This document shows positions 13,466 to 25,360 of a DNA stretch of 64,000 nt, piece after piece (the stretch's first letter is position 1; each line of letters starts with the position of its first letter). The notes under the pieces are model-generated. The model was not told where the DNA came from. It made no database searches and worked only from the letters and a program-made list of their open reading frames with translations. A program made the position numbers and the translations under genes. This DNA comes from Malacoraja senta (Eukaryota). Where the stretch lies: assembly GCA_038087875.1 (NCBI GenBank), contig CM075992.1, positions 8,124,001-8,188,000 on the forward strand. The letters run 5' to 3'.

Positions 13466-13553
13466 GTGAGTCCACGCGGCTGGTTATTAATGCTTACAGT
13501 CATGAGGAATCATTCTGTTTATTGCTGTACAAAGAGTAAGATATTGGTGCATA

Positions 13554-13804
13554 CAGGTGCTCCCCGATTTACCATGCTTCCATTTGCGATATTTAGACTT
13601 TACGATCGGCTAACGCTCTGCAACGAGCCACACGTCATGTCCGGTCACGTACGTTTTCGACATGCGCTGTTTTTGGTTTACGATGGGTTTATCGGAACAT
13701 TCAGCACATTGAATGGCAGTGCTGGCACGAAGGGCCAAATGGCCTACTCCTGCAACTATTGTCTATTGTCTATTGTAACCCCATCGTAGGTCAAGGAGCA
13801 ACTG
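13554..13804. mobile_element. Tc1/mariner (Tigger-like) MITE containing a CR1 tail fragment
   Basis: TA|CAGGTGCTCC...GGAGCAACTG|TA terminal inverted repeats with TA target duplication. Confidence 0.7.
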
Positions 13805-14558
13805 TATTGTAATGCATACCAGTGGAGAGGGGTAGAGTGTGTAGGAAGGAACTGCAAAGGCTGGTTTACACCGAAGATAGACACAAAATGCTGGAGTAAC
13901 TCAGCGGGTCAGGGAGCATCGCTGGAGAAAATGAATGGGTGACGTTTCGGGCCGAGACCTTTCTTCAGGGTGTAGTGGTGCATAAAGAATATAGAGCGGT
14001 ACGGCACAGGAACAGGCCCTTTGGCCCACAACGGCTGTGCTGAACCTGAAGCCAGGGTGTGACTTGTCCTTGATTATGCTGCTGGTCTTGCCGAGGCAGC
14101 GTGAGGTGTAAATGGAGTCAATGGAAGGGAGGTAGACAAAAGAGCTGGAGAAACTCAGCGGGTGAGGCAGCATCTATGGAGCGAAGGAAATGGGCAACGT
14201 TTGGGGCCGAAACCCTTCTTCAGACTGAATGGGAGGTTGGTTTGTGTGATGGTCTGGGCTGCGTCCACAGTGAAATACGTTTACTTGCATACAGATCAGC
14301 AAGATTCTCACCATACACAAAAACAACCACCCAGTTGGTACAGGATATACAGAACAGCCCATAGAAAGGAAGATTGCATTTTGATAATGTGAGGAGTGGG
14401 TCATTGGGTGAAGGCCTAATATTGGTTTGTGATTATAGACCGCTTAAGAAGAGTGTAGAGTGTAGTGGGACTGGTGCAGAGAAATGACTAAATCTGTATT
14501 TCTGCTTTGTAGAAATAAATACTGAATCTGGTATTTTCTGATCCCTTTCTGTCTGCAG

Positions 14559-14639
14559 CCGGAGAGGATAGATCCTCCCGATCCAACCAAACCTGATTAC
14601 GACATCCGAGCGGACGTGTGGAGCCTGGGCATTTCACTG
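14559..14639 (+). CDS. MAP2K7: MAP2K7 coding exon (PERIDPPDPTKPDYDIRADVWSLGISL)
   Basis: ctgcag| ... |gtaagc, 81 nt. Confidence 0.97.
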
Positions 14640-16459
14640 GTAAGCAATCTGGTTTATGGCTTGTACTCTTCCTTCAGTTATACCGGTGGAGTCCGTGTAT
14701 CCAAACTGGAGTCCGTGTAACCAAACTTGCCACAAGCATACTGCCGTTCTTTGACAAAAGGAAGCAACTGACAGAAAGGAGTTTTCTTGTAAATGAGGAA
14801 AATGTGTTTTTCTTTCAGCTCTCTGTGATGGAATTTCTTACTTCTCTGGTAGAAAGATTTTCAAATTGTACTCAGAGAAGGACTTATTTTGGTCACCATT
14901 GTGTAGAGCATATCTCAACTACCCTAAAACAAGCAATAACTCAATGCTTCCTTTTGTCAAAGTAGGGCAATATAGTGCAGTAGCACACTTTTACAACTGG
15001 TGTATTGTGTACATTCACTGTAGTGCACAGGGACAGTCACATCTAAAGACACAACAGATTCACCACCCTCTGACTAAAGATGTGACTGTAGAAACAAGAA
15101 ACAGCAGATGCTGGTTTACACAAAGTGCTGGAGTAACTCAGTGTGTCAAGCAGCATCTCTGGAGAACATGGATAGGTAACGTATCAGGTCAGGGCCCTTC
15201 TTCAGAATAGGTCTCGAAACATTACCTATCCAGCATTTTGTGTAAACCAGCATCTGCTGTTTCTTGTTTCTACAGTCACATCTTTAGTCAGAGGGTGGTG
15301 AATCTGTGGAATTCTTTGCCACAGAACGCTGTGGAGGCAAAGTCAGTGGATATTTTTAAGGCAGAGATTGATAGATTCTTGATTAGTGCGGGTGTCAAGG
15401 GTTATGGGGAGAAGCCAGGAGAATGGGGTTAGGAGGAAGAGATAGATCAGCCATGATTGAATGGTGGAGTAGACTTGATGGGCCGAATGGCCTAATCCTA
15501 CCCCTATCACTTATGACCTTATGATCTAGTAAGCTTCTGTCCTCAGCTATACGTTCACTATATTGTAGATAGAACACAGAAGTGACTGCAGATCCTTGAC
15601 TAGATTAAATAACAGAAAGCTGGAAGAACTCCATGGGTCAAGCAGCATCTATGGAGGGATGCCCAAGGTGTATGTTGGTCAAAACCTGCATGAGGCAAAG
15701 GTAATAAAATTGCTGAGTTTTGTATGAGACCGGTTGGAAGAGCAACATATATTCCTCTTACTGAAGTCCATGTAAACTACATTAACCTCATCTGTACATT
15801 GTATTACACTGTAAATAACACGACTATCTGGCAATGCACTAACTAACAAAAGTGTCCTGGCAAGTTCAGCGACCTTAGTGTCTGGCAAGCACTAATATGT
15901 GTATTGGCATATAGATATTGTAACTGTGGTAACAAACCCGCACGTCTTTGGGATGTGGGAGGAAACCGGAGCACCCGGAGGAAACCCACGCGGTCATGGG
16001 GAGAACGAGCAAACTCCACACAGACAGCACCCTAGGTCACGATCGAGCTCGGGACTTTGGCGTTCTGAGGCAGCAGCTCTATCGGCTGCGCCACTGTGCG
16101 GGTTTGTGGGTTGATTGGCTTCTGTGAATTGCTCCTGTGTATGGAATGGGTGGTAAAGTGAGATGACAGAGAACTAGTGTGATATTCGGTGTGGCTGAAG
16201 GACCTGTTTCCATGTTGTATCTCTAAACTCAGCTGAAATGAAAATTTAGTTTAAAATCAGCCTTAAAATACCTCAGCTTTCAATGGTTCAACTCCGAGTC
16301 ACACAACATCCTGCTTAGAAATGGGTCTAAACCATGGAACTCATGCACTGTAGAATGAAATAATGCCCCATTCCTATCAAAGCAAATGGGGATTGACTTG
16401 GTATTGAATGGCTCGGTTCGTATCTCTAACTGAGCTCTGCATCTGTCATCTGTCTGCAG

Positions 16460-16602
16460 GTTGAACTCGCCACAGGACAGTTTCCGTACAAAAACTGTAA
16501 AACAGACTTTGAGGTTTTAACAAAAGTGCTGCAGGAAGACCCCCCTCTGCTTCCTCAGACCATGGGTTTCTCAATGGACTTCCAGTCATTTGTAAAAGAT
16601 TG
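16460..16602 (+). CDS. MAP2K7: MAP2K7 coding exon (VELATGQFPYKNCKTDFEVLTKVLQEDPPLLPQTMGFSMDFQSFVKD+TG)
   Basis: ctgcag| ... |gtgagt, 143 nt, ends in phase 2. Confidence 0.97.
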
Positions 16603-16769
16603 GTGAGTAAAACCTTGTTATAAAGCAAGTTCGTTACATAACATCAATTTATATTTTCTCCAACTAGTAATGGAGTGATGCGCTACAATGCTGAGAACTA
16701 TATTCAACATTCTGTATCTTCCCCATTGCTCTATCTATTGTACTTGAGTTTGACCTGATTGTATTTATG

Positions 16770-17225
16770 TAGACAGTAGACAGTAGATCAGGAGTAGGCC
16801 ATTCGACCCTTCGAGCCAGCACCGCCATTCACTGTGATCATGGCTGATCATCCACAACCGTTCCTGCCTTATCCCCATATCCCTTGACTCCACTATCTTT
16901 AAGAGCTCTATCTAACTCTCTCTTGAAAGCATCCAGAGAATTGGCCTCCGCTGCCTTCTGAGGCGGAGAATTCCACAGATTCACAACTCTCTGGGTGAAA
17001 AAGTGTTTCCTCATCTCCGTTTTAAATATTCTTAAACTGTGGCCCCGGGTTCTGGACTCCCCCAACATCGGGAACATGTTTCCTGCCTCTAGCGTGTCCA
17101 AACCTTTAATAAGATTCAATAAGATCCCCTCTCCTCCTTCTAAATTTCAGCGTATACATGCCCAGTCGCTCCATTCTCTCTACATATGACAGTCCCGCCA
17201 TCCCGGGAATTAACCTCGTGAACCC
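16770..17225 (-). mobile_element. CR1 LINE 3' fragment
   Basis: ORF 16838-17119 is the CR1 ORF2 C-terminus. Confidence 0.9.
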
Positions 17226-18985
17226 TCAGATCTGTGATCTGTCAGGATAGTGCAAAGCAAAGCTTTTCACTGCGGTACACGTGACAATAATAATAAACCT
17301 AAAGCCAACAGGACACAAAGTGCTGGAGTAACTCAGCGGGTCAGACAGCATCTCTGGAGAACGTGGATAGATAACGTTTCAGGTCAGGAATCAAGTGTGA
17401 TCAGTAGGTTTGCAGATGACAACGGGTGATGTTGTGGATAATATCCTCCACCATTACTTACCTCGTTCTTGTTCTTTTGATTATGCAGTACTTTTTCGAC
17501 GGGTTGGCTTTTTCCTTGCTTCATTGACAAACTATTTACAAAGTGTTCAAGGAGCCCATATTACACCTTCACCATTGTTGACAAGCTTTGTCTTGATTTT
17601 TATATTAGAACGTAGAACAGTACAGCACAGGAACGGGCCCTTCGGCCGTCAATGTTTGTGCCAAACATGATGCCGTTAAGTTGATCGCATCTGCCTGCAC
17701 ATGATCCATATCCCTCTATTCCCTGCATTTCCACGTGCCTATCTAAATGCCTCTTAAATGCCACGATTGTATCTGCCTCCACCTCCACCCCTGGCAATAC
17801 GTTCCAGGCCCCCACTACTTGGGCAGCACGATGGCCCATCGGTAGAGTTGCTGCCTTACAGCGCCACAGACCCGGGATGCTGTCTGTACAGAGTTTGTAC
17901 ATTCTCCTCATGACCACGTGGGTTTTCTCCAAGATCTTCAGTTTCCTCCCACACTTCAAAGACGTACATGTTTGCAGGTGAATTCGCTTGGTCTGAATGT
18001 AAAATTATCCATAGTGTGTGTAGGATAATGTGCGGGAATCGCTGGTTGTTGTGGGCGGAAAGGCCAGTTTCCGTGCTACATCTCTTAAACTAAACAGCTC
18101 TGTGTGTAAAATACTTGCCGCATACATCTTCACTAAACCTTTCCCCCTCTCACCTTATAGCTGTGCCCTCTAGTGTTGGACATTTTCACCCTGGGGAAAA
18201 AGGTTCTGACTGTCTACCTTACCTCTGCCCCTCATGGAGTTTATACCCAGTCTCTTCTAGCAAATCTCCTCTCAATCTCTGACATTCCAAAGAAAACAAT
18301 ATGAGTCTGTGCAACCTTTCCCAACCTAACCCTGTAATCCAGGCAGCATTCTGGTAAATCTCCCACTCCCAAATCTCCACATCAATCCCATTACGGAGCG
18401 ACCAGAATTGCACGCAATACTCCAAGTTTGACTTAACCAAAGTGCTATATATTTACATGCTCCTTGTAAATTTTTTGAGTGCATTGTATTTTGTTACCAT
18501 ATTAACTTTTGTTGATTGTTTGTCCTTTGTATTTTTCCCATTTCCTGGGATTCGTGCCAATATTGACCATTTTGCTTGCTGTTTCCGATACTTTTGGTGT
18601 TATTGACTTAGCCATGGCAATCCATTTTGGCAATCAAAAATGTTGGCAAGCTCTGGTGTCTTTGGGGTGCTAATAATTCCATATTGCGCAAATCTTTTTA
18701 ATTCATCGTGTCCGTGGACAGAACAGCTCAGTCTATTTATTCCTCTCATATTCCCTGAGGTTGGCCGCACCTAAATCCTAAAACCTCAGTTGTTGCCTCT
18801 CATTTCTCCTTTTAAATTCAACTTCCCTGAACTGATATTATGATTGTTCACTGGTATATGTTCCCACACAGGTGGACTGGTAAGTACATCCAACACAAGA
18901 GCGTTTCATTGTCATATGTACCGACATCGGAACAAAAGCATTTTTACTTGCAGCAGCATAACAGGCCTATAGCACAATATACATA

Positions 18986-19420
18986 GTAGGCCCCTCTCGG
19001 TCATGACTGACCATGGGTGATGCATCCTGGTCGGATGCAAGCCTGGGCGATCGATGTCATATGGAGGACAGGCTGTTGCCCATGCAGCACGTCCCCCCTC
19101 TCCACGTCGCTGATCGATCCAAAGGAACAGCAGGGCCGTTACAGTTTGGCACCAGCGCCGTCGCAGGAGCTGCCAGAGCGAGGTTGTAGACAACGACGAA
19201 CTGCCTTAGGGGCTCCGACTCCGGATTTTCTTGAGGTTTACTCCAGGAGCCTTTTCCATGACTGGATATGGCCACAAGGCAGTGGAGGTTTTAAATCAGA
19301 GTTTTCCCTCTCCTAGATGGACTGCCTTCCCAGGCTGACGAGCCCCATCTGCCCGAGACCCGTGGGGGCGGGAGCGTCTACCTTCCCGTGCAGGTCTACA
19401 GCACCTGCCCACTGCCCAGG
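18986..19420 (-). mobile_element. Non-autonomous GC-rich retroelement, probably RTE-related
   Basis: ATACATA target duplication (18979-18985 and 19421-19427); interrupts another LINE tail; resembles RTE-type UTR sequence. Confidence 0.55.
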
Positions 19421-20204
19421 ATACATACATGACATATAATAAACAAAATTCAATCAATTAATGACCCGTGCAAAAAAAGCCCAAAGTCCTTGGTGCGACC
19501 CAATACAGGCCATAGTTCATTGGTGAGTGTTGTGTTGTTTAGTTTAGTGATGCAGCACAGATCGCAGGCTCCGATGGTAAGTCCACGGCCGCGCGGTGGG
19601 GCTCAATGTCAGCCCCGAGCAAGGCCGCCAGCTCCACGATGTTAGGCCGCAAAGCGACCGGAGATACGATCCGGAAAACAATCGCATCTCCGGCAAGGTA
19701 TGAGATTGAAAAAAAGTTTCCCCCGGCCCCCTCCGCCACCCCCCACATTAAACAAACCAGAGAACATTAACACATACTTTTGAAAACACACTAAAAATAA
19801 CAAAAAAGACAAAAAGACAGACAGACCGTTGGCGAGGCTGCCATCGCTGACGGCGCCACCTACATACGTTTGCAAAAGAGTATCCTGAATGTACTTAAAA
19901 AATCTAGCACCTGCCTGCCATGAGCTCATCTGCTTATCCCAAACAAAATTAAAGTTTAATCCTCCAGTAAAACTAACTGGTCTTTGTTTCCAATTTATTT
20001 AATCTCCTTGTGGATATATTTAAGGCAGAGATAGATGGATTCTTGATCCGTATGGGTGTCGGGGGTTATGGGTTGAAGGCAGGGGAAAGAGGGAAAGGTA
20101 GATCAGACATTATTGAATGGTGGAATAGATTTGATGGGCCGAATGGCCTAATTCTGCTTCAATCACTTATGAACTTATATTTATTTCCTTTCTTATCCTC
20201 TTAG

Positions 20205-20250
20205 CCTTACAAAAGATCACAGGAAGAGACCAAAATACAACAAATTGCTT
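20205..20250 (+). CDS. MAP2K7: MAP2K7 coding exon ((C)LTKDHRKRPKYNKLL)
   Basis: cttag| ... |gtgagt, 46 nt, phase-compatible with both neighbours. Confidence 0.96.
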
Positions 20251-20644
20251 GTGAGTATCCCTTTGTGATGTTTGCTTGTGAGTATTAGTGTAATGTTTTG
20301 TCCGCATGCACATGTCCTGAGATTAATACAGATCAGGTGCTGGGCTTAATTAAGTTCCAAGCACAGTGTGAAAGGACTCCCTGTGGCTATTAACTCCGCA
20401 CTTCAGCCGAGTGTGTTTGCATGATGGGTTTCACAGTTACAGTGTTCCCAGCCAATCTGTAACTACACTAATGAGCGATACTTGCCTTGGGTCTGAATAA
20501 AGGGGCCGTACACGGAAGAAGCGTTACGTATTTCAGTTTAGGGAAGAACAAGTAAAAGTCAAGGATTTGGGTTCTTGAATGGGGGGAAGACCGATTTGAC
20601 CTCACAATTGCTTGTCGCACCTGAATGGTCAATGGACCCAAGGA

Positions 20645-21352
20645 AGTACAAAGGGATATGGGGGTCCTTGTTCACCAGTCTATGAAAGTAAGCATGCAGG
20701 TACAGCAGGCAGTGAAGAAAGCGAATGGCATGTTGGCCTTTATAACAAGAAGAGTCGAGTAGAGGAGCAAAGAGGTCCTTCTGCAGTTGTACAGGGCCCT
20801 ACCTGGAGTATTGTGTGCAGTTTTGGTCCCCTAATTTGAGGAAGGACATTCTTGCTATTGAGGGAGTGCAGCGTAGGTTTACAAGGTTAATTCCCGGGAT
20901 GGCGGGACTATCATATTCTGAGAGAAGGAGCGGCTGGGCTTGTATACTCTGGAATTTAGAAGGATGAGAGGGCATCTTATTGAAACAAATAAGATTATTA
21001 AGGGTTTAGACACGCTAGAGGCAGGAAACGTGTTCCCGATGTTGGGGGAGTCCAGAACCAGGGGCCACAGTTTAAGAATAAGGGTTAAGCCATTTAGAAC
21101 GGAGACGAGGAAACACTTTTTCACGCAGAGAGTTGTGAGTCTGTGGAATTCTCTGCCTCAGAGGGCAGTGGAGGCAGGTTCTCTGGATACTTTCAAGAGA
21201 GAGCTAGATAGGGCTCTTAAAGATAGCGGAGTCAGGGGATATGGGGAGAGGGCAGGAACGGGGTACTGATTGGGGATGATCAGCCATGATCACATTGAAT
21301 GGCTCGAAGGGCCGAATGGCCTACTCCTGCACCTATTGTCTATTGTCTATTG
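20645..21352 (+). mobile_element. CR1 LINE 3' fragment
   Basis: CR1 ORF2 C-terminal region with frameshifts; (ctattgt)n tail. Confidence 0.92.
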
Positions 21353-21936
21353 ACACTTGTATTTTCCTTGGAGTAGAGGAAACAAAGGGGAACCTGATGG
21401 CGGTTTACAAAATGATAAGATACATAGAAGAAGAGATACATGGATAGGACAGGTTTGGAGGGATATGGGCCAAATGCAGGCAGGTGGGACTAGTGTAGCT
21501 GGGGCATGTTGGTCAGTGTGGGCGTTGGGCCAAAGGGCCTGTTTCCACACTATATCACTATGACTAGTAAGAATCTTTTCCCCATTGCAGAGGTTCTAAG
21601 ACCAGAGGGTGTCGTTTTTGTGAAGAGGTTTCAGGGGGATCTGAGGAAGAATTCTTTCACCCAAAGGGTGATTACAACCTGGAACACACTGTTGGAGAAG
21701 GTAGTGGAGGAGGCAGATACTCTCACAGCTTGGAGCTACGGGAACTTGGGAGCTGCCAGAGTGAGTCAGTGGTTGGGGCTTGATGTGATGCAATGTACAG
21801 TAAGGAATGCATCTTCAGCAGTGAAACAGAGATGCAGATCACAGATCGTTAATGGTGTCACTCCCGTTGATTAGTAACAAAAGCCCTGACTGTATCAAAA
21901 AGACACAAAGTGCTGGAGTAACTTAGCAGGTCAGGT

Positions 21937-22158
21937 AGCATCCGTGGAGAACGTGGATAGCCAGGAGAACATGGATAGACAGCATCCCTGGAGAAGCTGG
22001 AGAGGCAGTATCTCTGCAGAACATGGATAGGCAGCATCCGTGGAGAACATGGATAGCCAGCATCCCTGGAGAAGCTGGAGAGGCAGTATCTCTGCAGAAC
22101 ATGGATAGGCAGCAGCATCCTTGGAGAACGTGGATAGGCAGCATCCCTGGAGAACATG
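21937..22158. repeat. Minisatellite with a ~22-25 bp unit derived from the Penelope terminal segment
   Basis: reiterated cagcatcYYtggagaacRtggatag directly after a PLE terminal copy. Confidence 0.8.
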
Positions 22159-23791
22159 AAGAAATACTTTGTCTCCACAGGAACAGACAGCAAAAGAACC
22201 AGCTGCCATTGTACTGTTACACAATCATAGATGTGCTGCAATTACAGTCTGTGCTCTGGCAGTGGAAGCTGAATGTTTTGCAGCAGATTCACAGTGGAGT
22301 CCGTTCGGGTTCGGGGAGATTTGATTACATCTGTTTCACATTTATTGCCCATCCCAACCTGCCTTTTAAAATCTGCTCTCATCTGCTGCTGAACTTGGTG
22401 ACTGCATGCATTGCATGCATTGCGATTTGGCCAGTGAACACCACACAGCCGCCTCTTCATTTATGAAGAGGTTGTGGAGATGAGTTATTATCTTTAGTTG
22501 AGTTTATTGTCACGTGTACCGAGATACAGTGGAAAGCTTTTGTTGCATGCTATTCAGACAGCGGAAAGACAATACATGATTACAATCGATCCATCTACAG
22601 TGTACAGATACATGATGAAGGGGATAACGTTTAGTGCAAGATTAAGTCCAGTAAAGATAGTCTGAAGGTCTCCAATGAGGTAGAAAGTAGCTCGGGACCG
22701 CTCTCTAGTTGTTTCTCAAATGGTTGCCTGATAACAGCTGCCCCTGAATCTGGAGGTGTGCATTTTCCTCTCGCCCGATGGGAGAGGGGAGAAGAGGGAG
22801 TGAAACTGATCCTTGTTTGTTGGTGGCCTTGCCGAGGCAGCATGAGGTTTTTCGGTTTTGGTTTCCTGGTCCTCTATAATATTCCAAATGGAATTTAAAC
22901 TGGAGGTGGTGGAGGGTGGACTTAAGCAAGAAAGGGTTCTTGGGGGAAAAATGAGCTACCTTAAATTTAGTTGCATCTGGTTGGGTAACTATGGTAGGGT
23001 GAAGACTGTTCCATGCTTGAAGAATGAATTGCTGTACACATCGGTCTTGGTAGCTGGTATCTTAAATTGGATCGAATGCCCTCGTTTGCTAATTGGTTTG
23101 GGTGTAATTGGGTCAATGGGAGGGAGGTTCTAACTCCCTGGAAAAGACAACATTGACACATAGGTTTAAGGAGAAGGGGGAAAGATTTAATAGGCTCTGA
23201 GGGGTAACCTTTTCACACAAAGGGTAGTGGGTGTAAGTAAGTAAGTAAGTTTATTGGCCAAGTATTCACATACAAGGAATTTGCCTTGGTGCTCCGCCCA
23301 CAAGTAACAACATGACATACAGTGACAGTTACGAATGACTCAGAAAACACTAAACATTAATAATAATAAAACATTAATGATAAAACACCATTGATCAAGC
23401 ATGTGGACCAACAAAATACCAGATCAAAGTGGAAGTGACAGGCTGCCAGCGGAGGTAGCTGAGGTCGGGACTATTGCAATGTTTACGAAACCATTAGACA
23501 GGTACATGGATAGGACATGTCTGAAGAAGTCTTGACCCCAAAACATCATCCATTCCTTCTCTCCAGAGATGCTGCCTGTCCCGCTGAGTTACTCCAGCAT
23601 TTTGTGTCTACCTTCGATTTAAACCAGCATCAGCAGTTCTTTCCTACACATGGATAGGACCGGTTTAGAGGGATCTGGGCCAAACACAGGCAGGTGGGAC
23701 TAGTGTGGATGGGACACGTTGGTCGGTGTGGGCAAAGGGCCCGTCTCCGCGCTGTATCACTCTGTGGCACCTTCCCTTTCTCCCACTGCAG

Positions 23792-23929
23792 GAACATAGT
23801 TTTATTAAACGCTACGAGACCTTAGAAGTGGACGTGGCTTCGTGGTTCAAAGAGGTGATGGCAAAGACTGAATCGCCGCGATCGAGCAGCATCCTCAGCC
23901 AGCAGCACCTCCCGATCTTCTCCAGGTAG
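23792..23929 (+). CDS. MAP2K7: MAP2K7 last coding exon (EHSFIKRYETLEVDVASWFKEVMAKTESPRSSSILSQQHLPIFSR*)
   Basis: ctgcag| acceptor, TAG stop at 23927-23929, MKK7 C-terminus. Confidence 0.96.
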   Translation, partial: EHSFIKRYETLEVDVASWFKEVMAKTESPRSSSILSQQHLPIFSR

Positions 23930-25160
23930 CCGGCAGGCAGAGTGGCAACTCAACCTGTGGGGGAGCAGTGGAGTTTCGGCAAGTCACCACCAACACCCGC
24001 GGCTTCAGGCACAGCTCCTGAGAACGATGAATTGTACATAGTCTATCCATGTTTTTTTTTTTTTTCTTCTGTCTAGTGTGTTCTTTTTGATTGACTCAGG
24101 AGTGTGGGTTGTGTGTTTGAAGATACCTTCAGTCGGTAGGAAAGGTGTTGCAGACCGCGTATTGGACTAAGGGTTTGTTTCACTCTTACTGTGAAAAGCT
24201 TACGCGCTGCCGTTGGCCTCTGGCCTTCCCCGTTAACCTCTCCTAACGGGACAAATGGTGATTGCACACTGCAGAGGAATCGCAACTTTATATAGTGTTT
24301 AATAACTACCGGGTTATGCACTGTGATTAAAAAAAAAAAAAGGATTTTACCTAATTTATTAAATATGAAAGTGTAGCTGATGTGAACTCAATGTATTACA
24401 ATAGTCTAGTGTGTTTCAAACGCATGGAAAACTGCTGCTTTATTTTATTTCAAACAGTTACTTTTAAAGCCTTTTTGGAAAAGGTTAATATCGGACAGAG
24501 CTTTCAGAATTACTCTGTAAGCGAAAGTCTGGCGGAATATACCAAGACTGTTTGCTTGGTTCATTTTCTTCTTGTTTTTACTTTGATGCAGTGTGTTCTG
24601 ATGCATGCCCAGTGCCTGTAATCATGGGTCATTCACTGGGCCATCGCGCCTGATTAGCAAGTGGTTTTATCAGATGAAGTCAGTGCACGCCCAGTGTCTG
24701 TAATCGTCGGCCACTCACTGGGCGATCACACAGATTCTCAAATGGTTTTAGTAAACGACCTCCATATGCAAACGGTGATTCGGAGTCACTCTCAGTGCTG
24801 CTGCAACCTGAATCACACTTGTGCCGGCGAAAATCTTTTGATCATACCTGCATTACTGTTGCTGTACATACGGGTGATGACGCCAACGTCCCTGTTGTCA
24901 CCGGCCTGCTGTGAGGTCGCTGAATCAGGACACATCAATCCCGGCGGCCGGGCGGCATCTCACAACATGGAGTCTTGATTCTGAATCCTTACAAACCTCC
25001 GCTTGTGCTTTTACTCTCGCCTCTTATCCCGGCGGTCTTGTGCCGGCGCACACTACAGCTGATAAATTAGCTCCTTTGTTAGTCCGCGGTGACTTTCTGT
25101 GACATGGCCTGTGGAATGGCCGCCCCACCACTGGCTGGCAGGCTGTTTCCTTCGAGAGAC

Positions 25161-25360
25161 ACTCTCTCTTTCTCTCCCTCTCTCTCTTTCTCTTTCTCTC
25201 TTTCTTTCTCTCTTTCTCTCTCTCTCTCTCTCTTTCTCTCTTCCTCTCCTTTTCTCTTTCTCTCTCTCTCCCTTTCTCTCTTTCTCTTTCTCTCTTTCTC
25301 TCTTTCTTTCTCTCTCTCTTCCTCTCCTCCTCGCCTTTTCTCTTTCTCTCTCTCTCTTTC
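25161..25360. repeat. Pyrimidine (CT/CTTT) microsatellite
   Basis: about 200 bp almost entirely C/T. Confidence 0.95.

Noticed and set aside
12902..13789. 295-aa ORF containing kinase motifs
   Set aside because: Chance read-through of Penelope repeats, one 180-nt MAP2K7 exon and a MITE; not a separate gene.
19010..19075. Twister-like motif (GGATGCAAGCC...TGGAGG) on plus, and an HDV-like fold on minus
   Set aside because: The twister pseudoknot partner is missing, and the spacing between P2 and P1' (about 30 nt) does not fit the HDV P3/L3 geometry.
19336..19360. Hammerhead-like CTGACGAG...CGAGAC
   Set aside because: GAAA core is absent, there is no stem II, and it is antisense to the element.
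21858..22466. CRISPR-like array or repetitive ORFs
   Set aside because: No unique spacers; this is a eukaryotic minisatellite.
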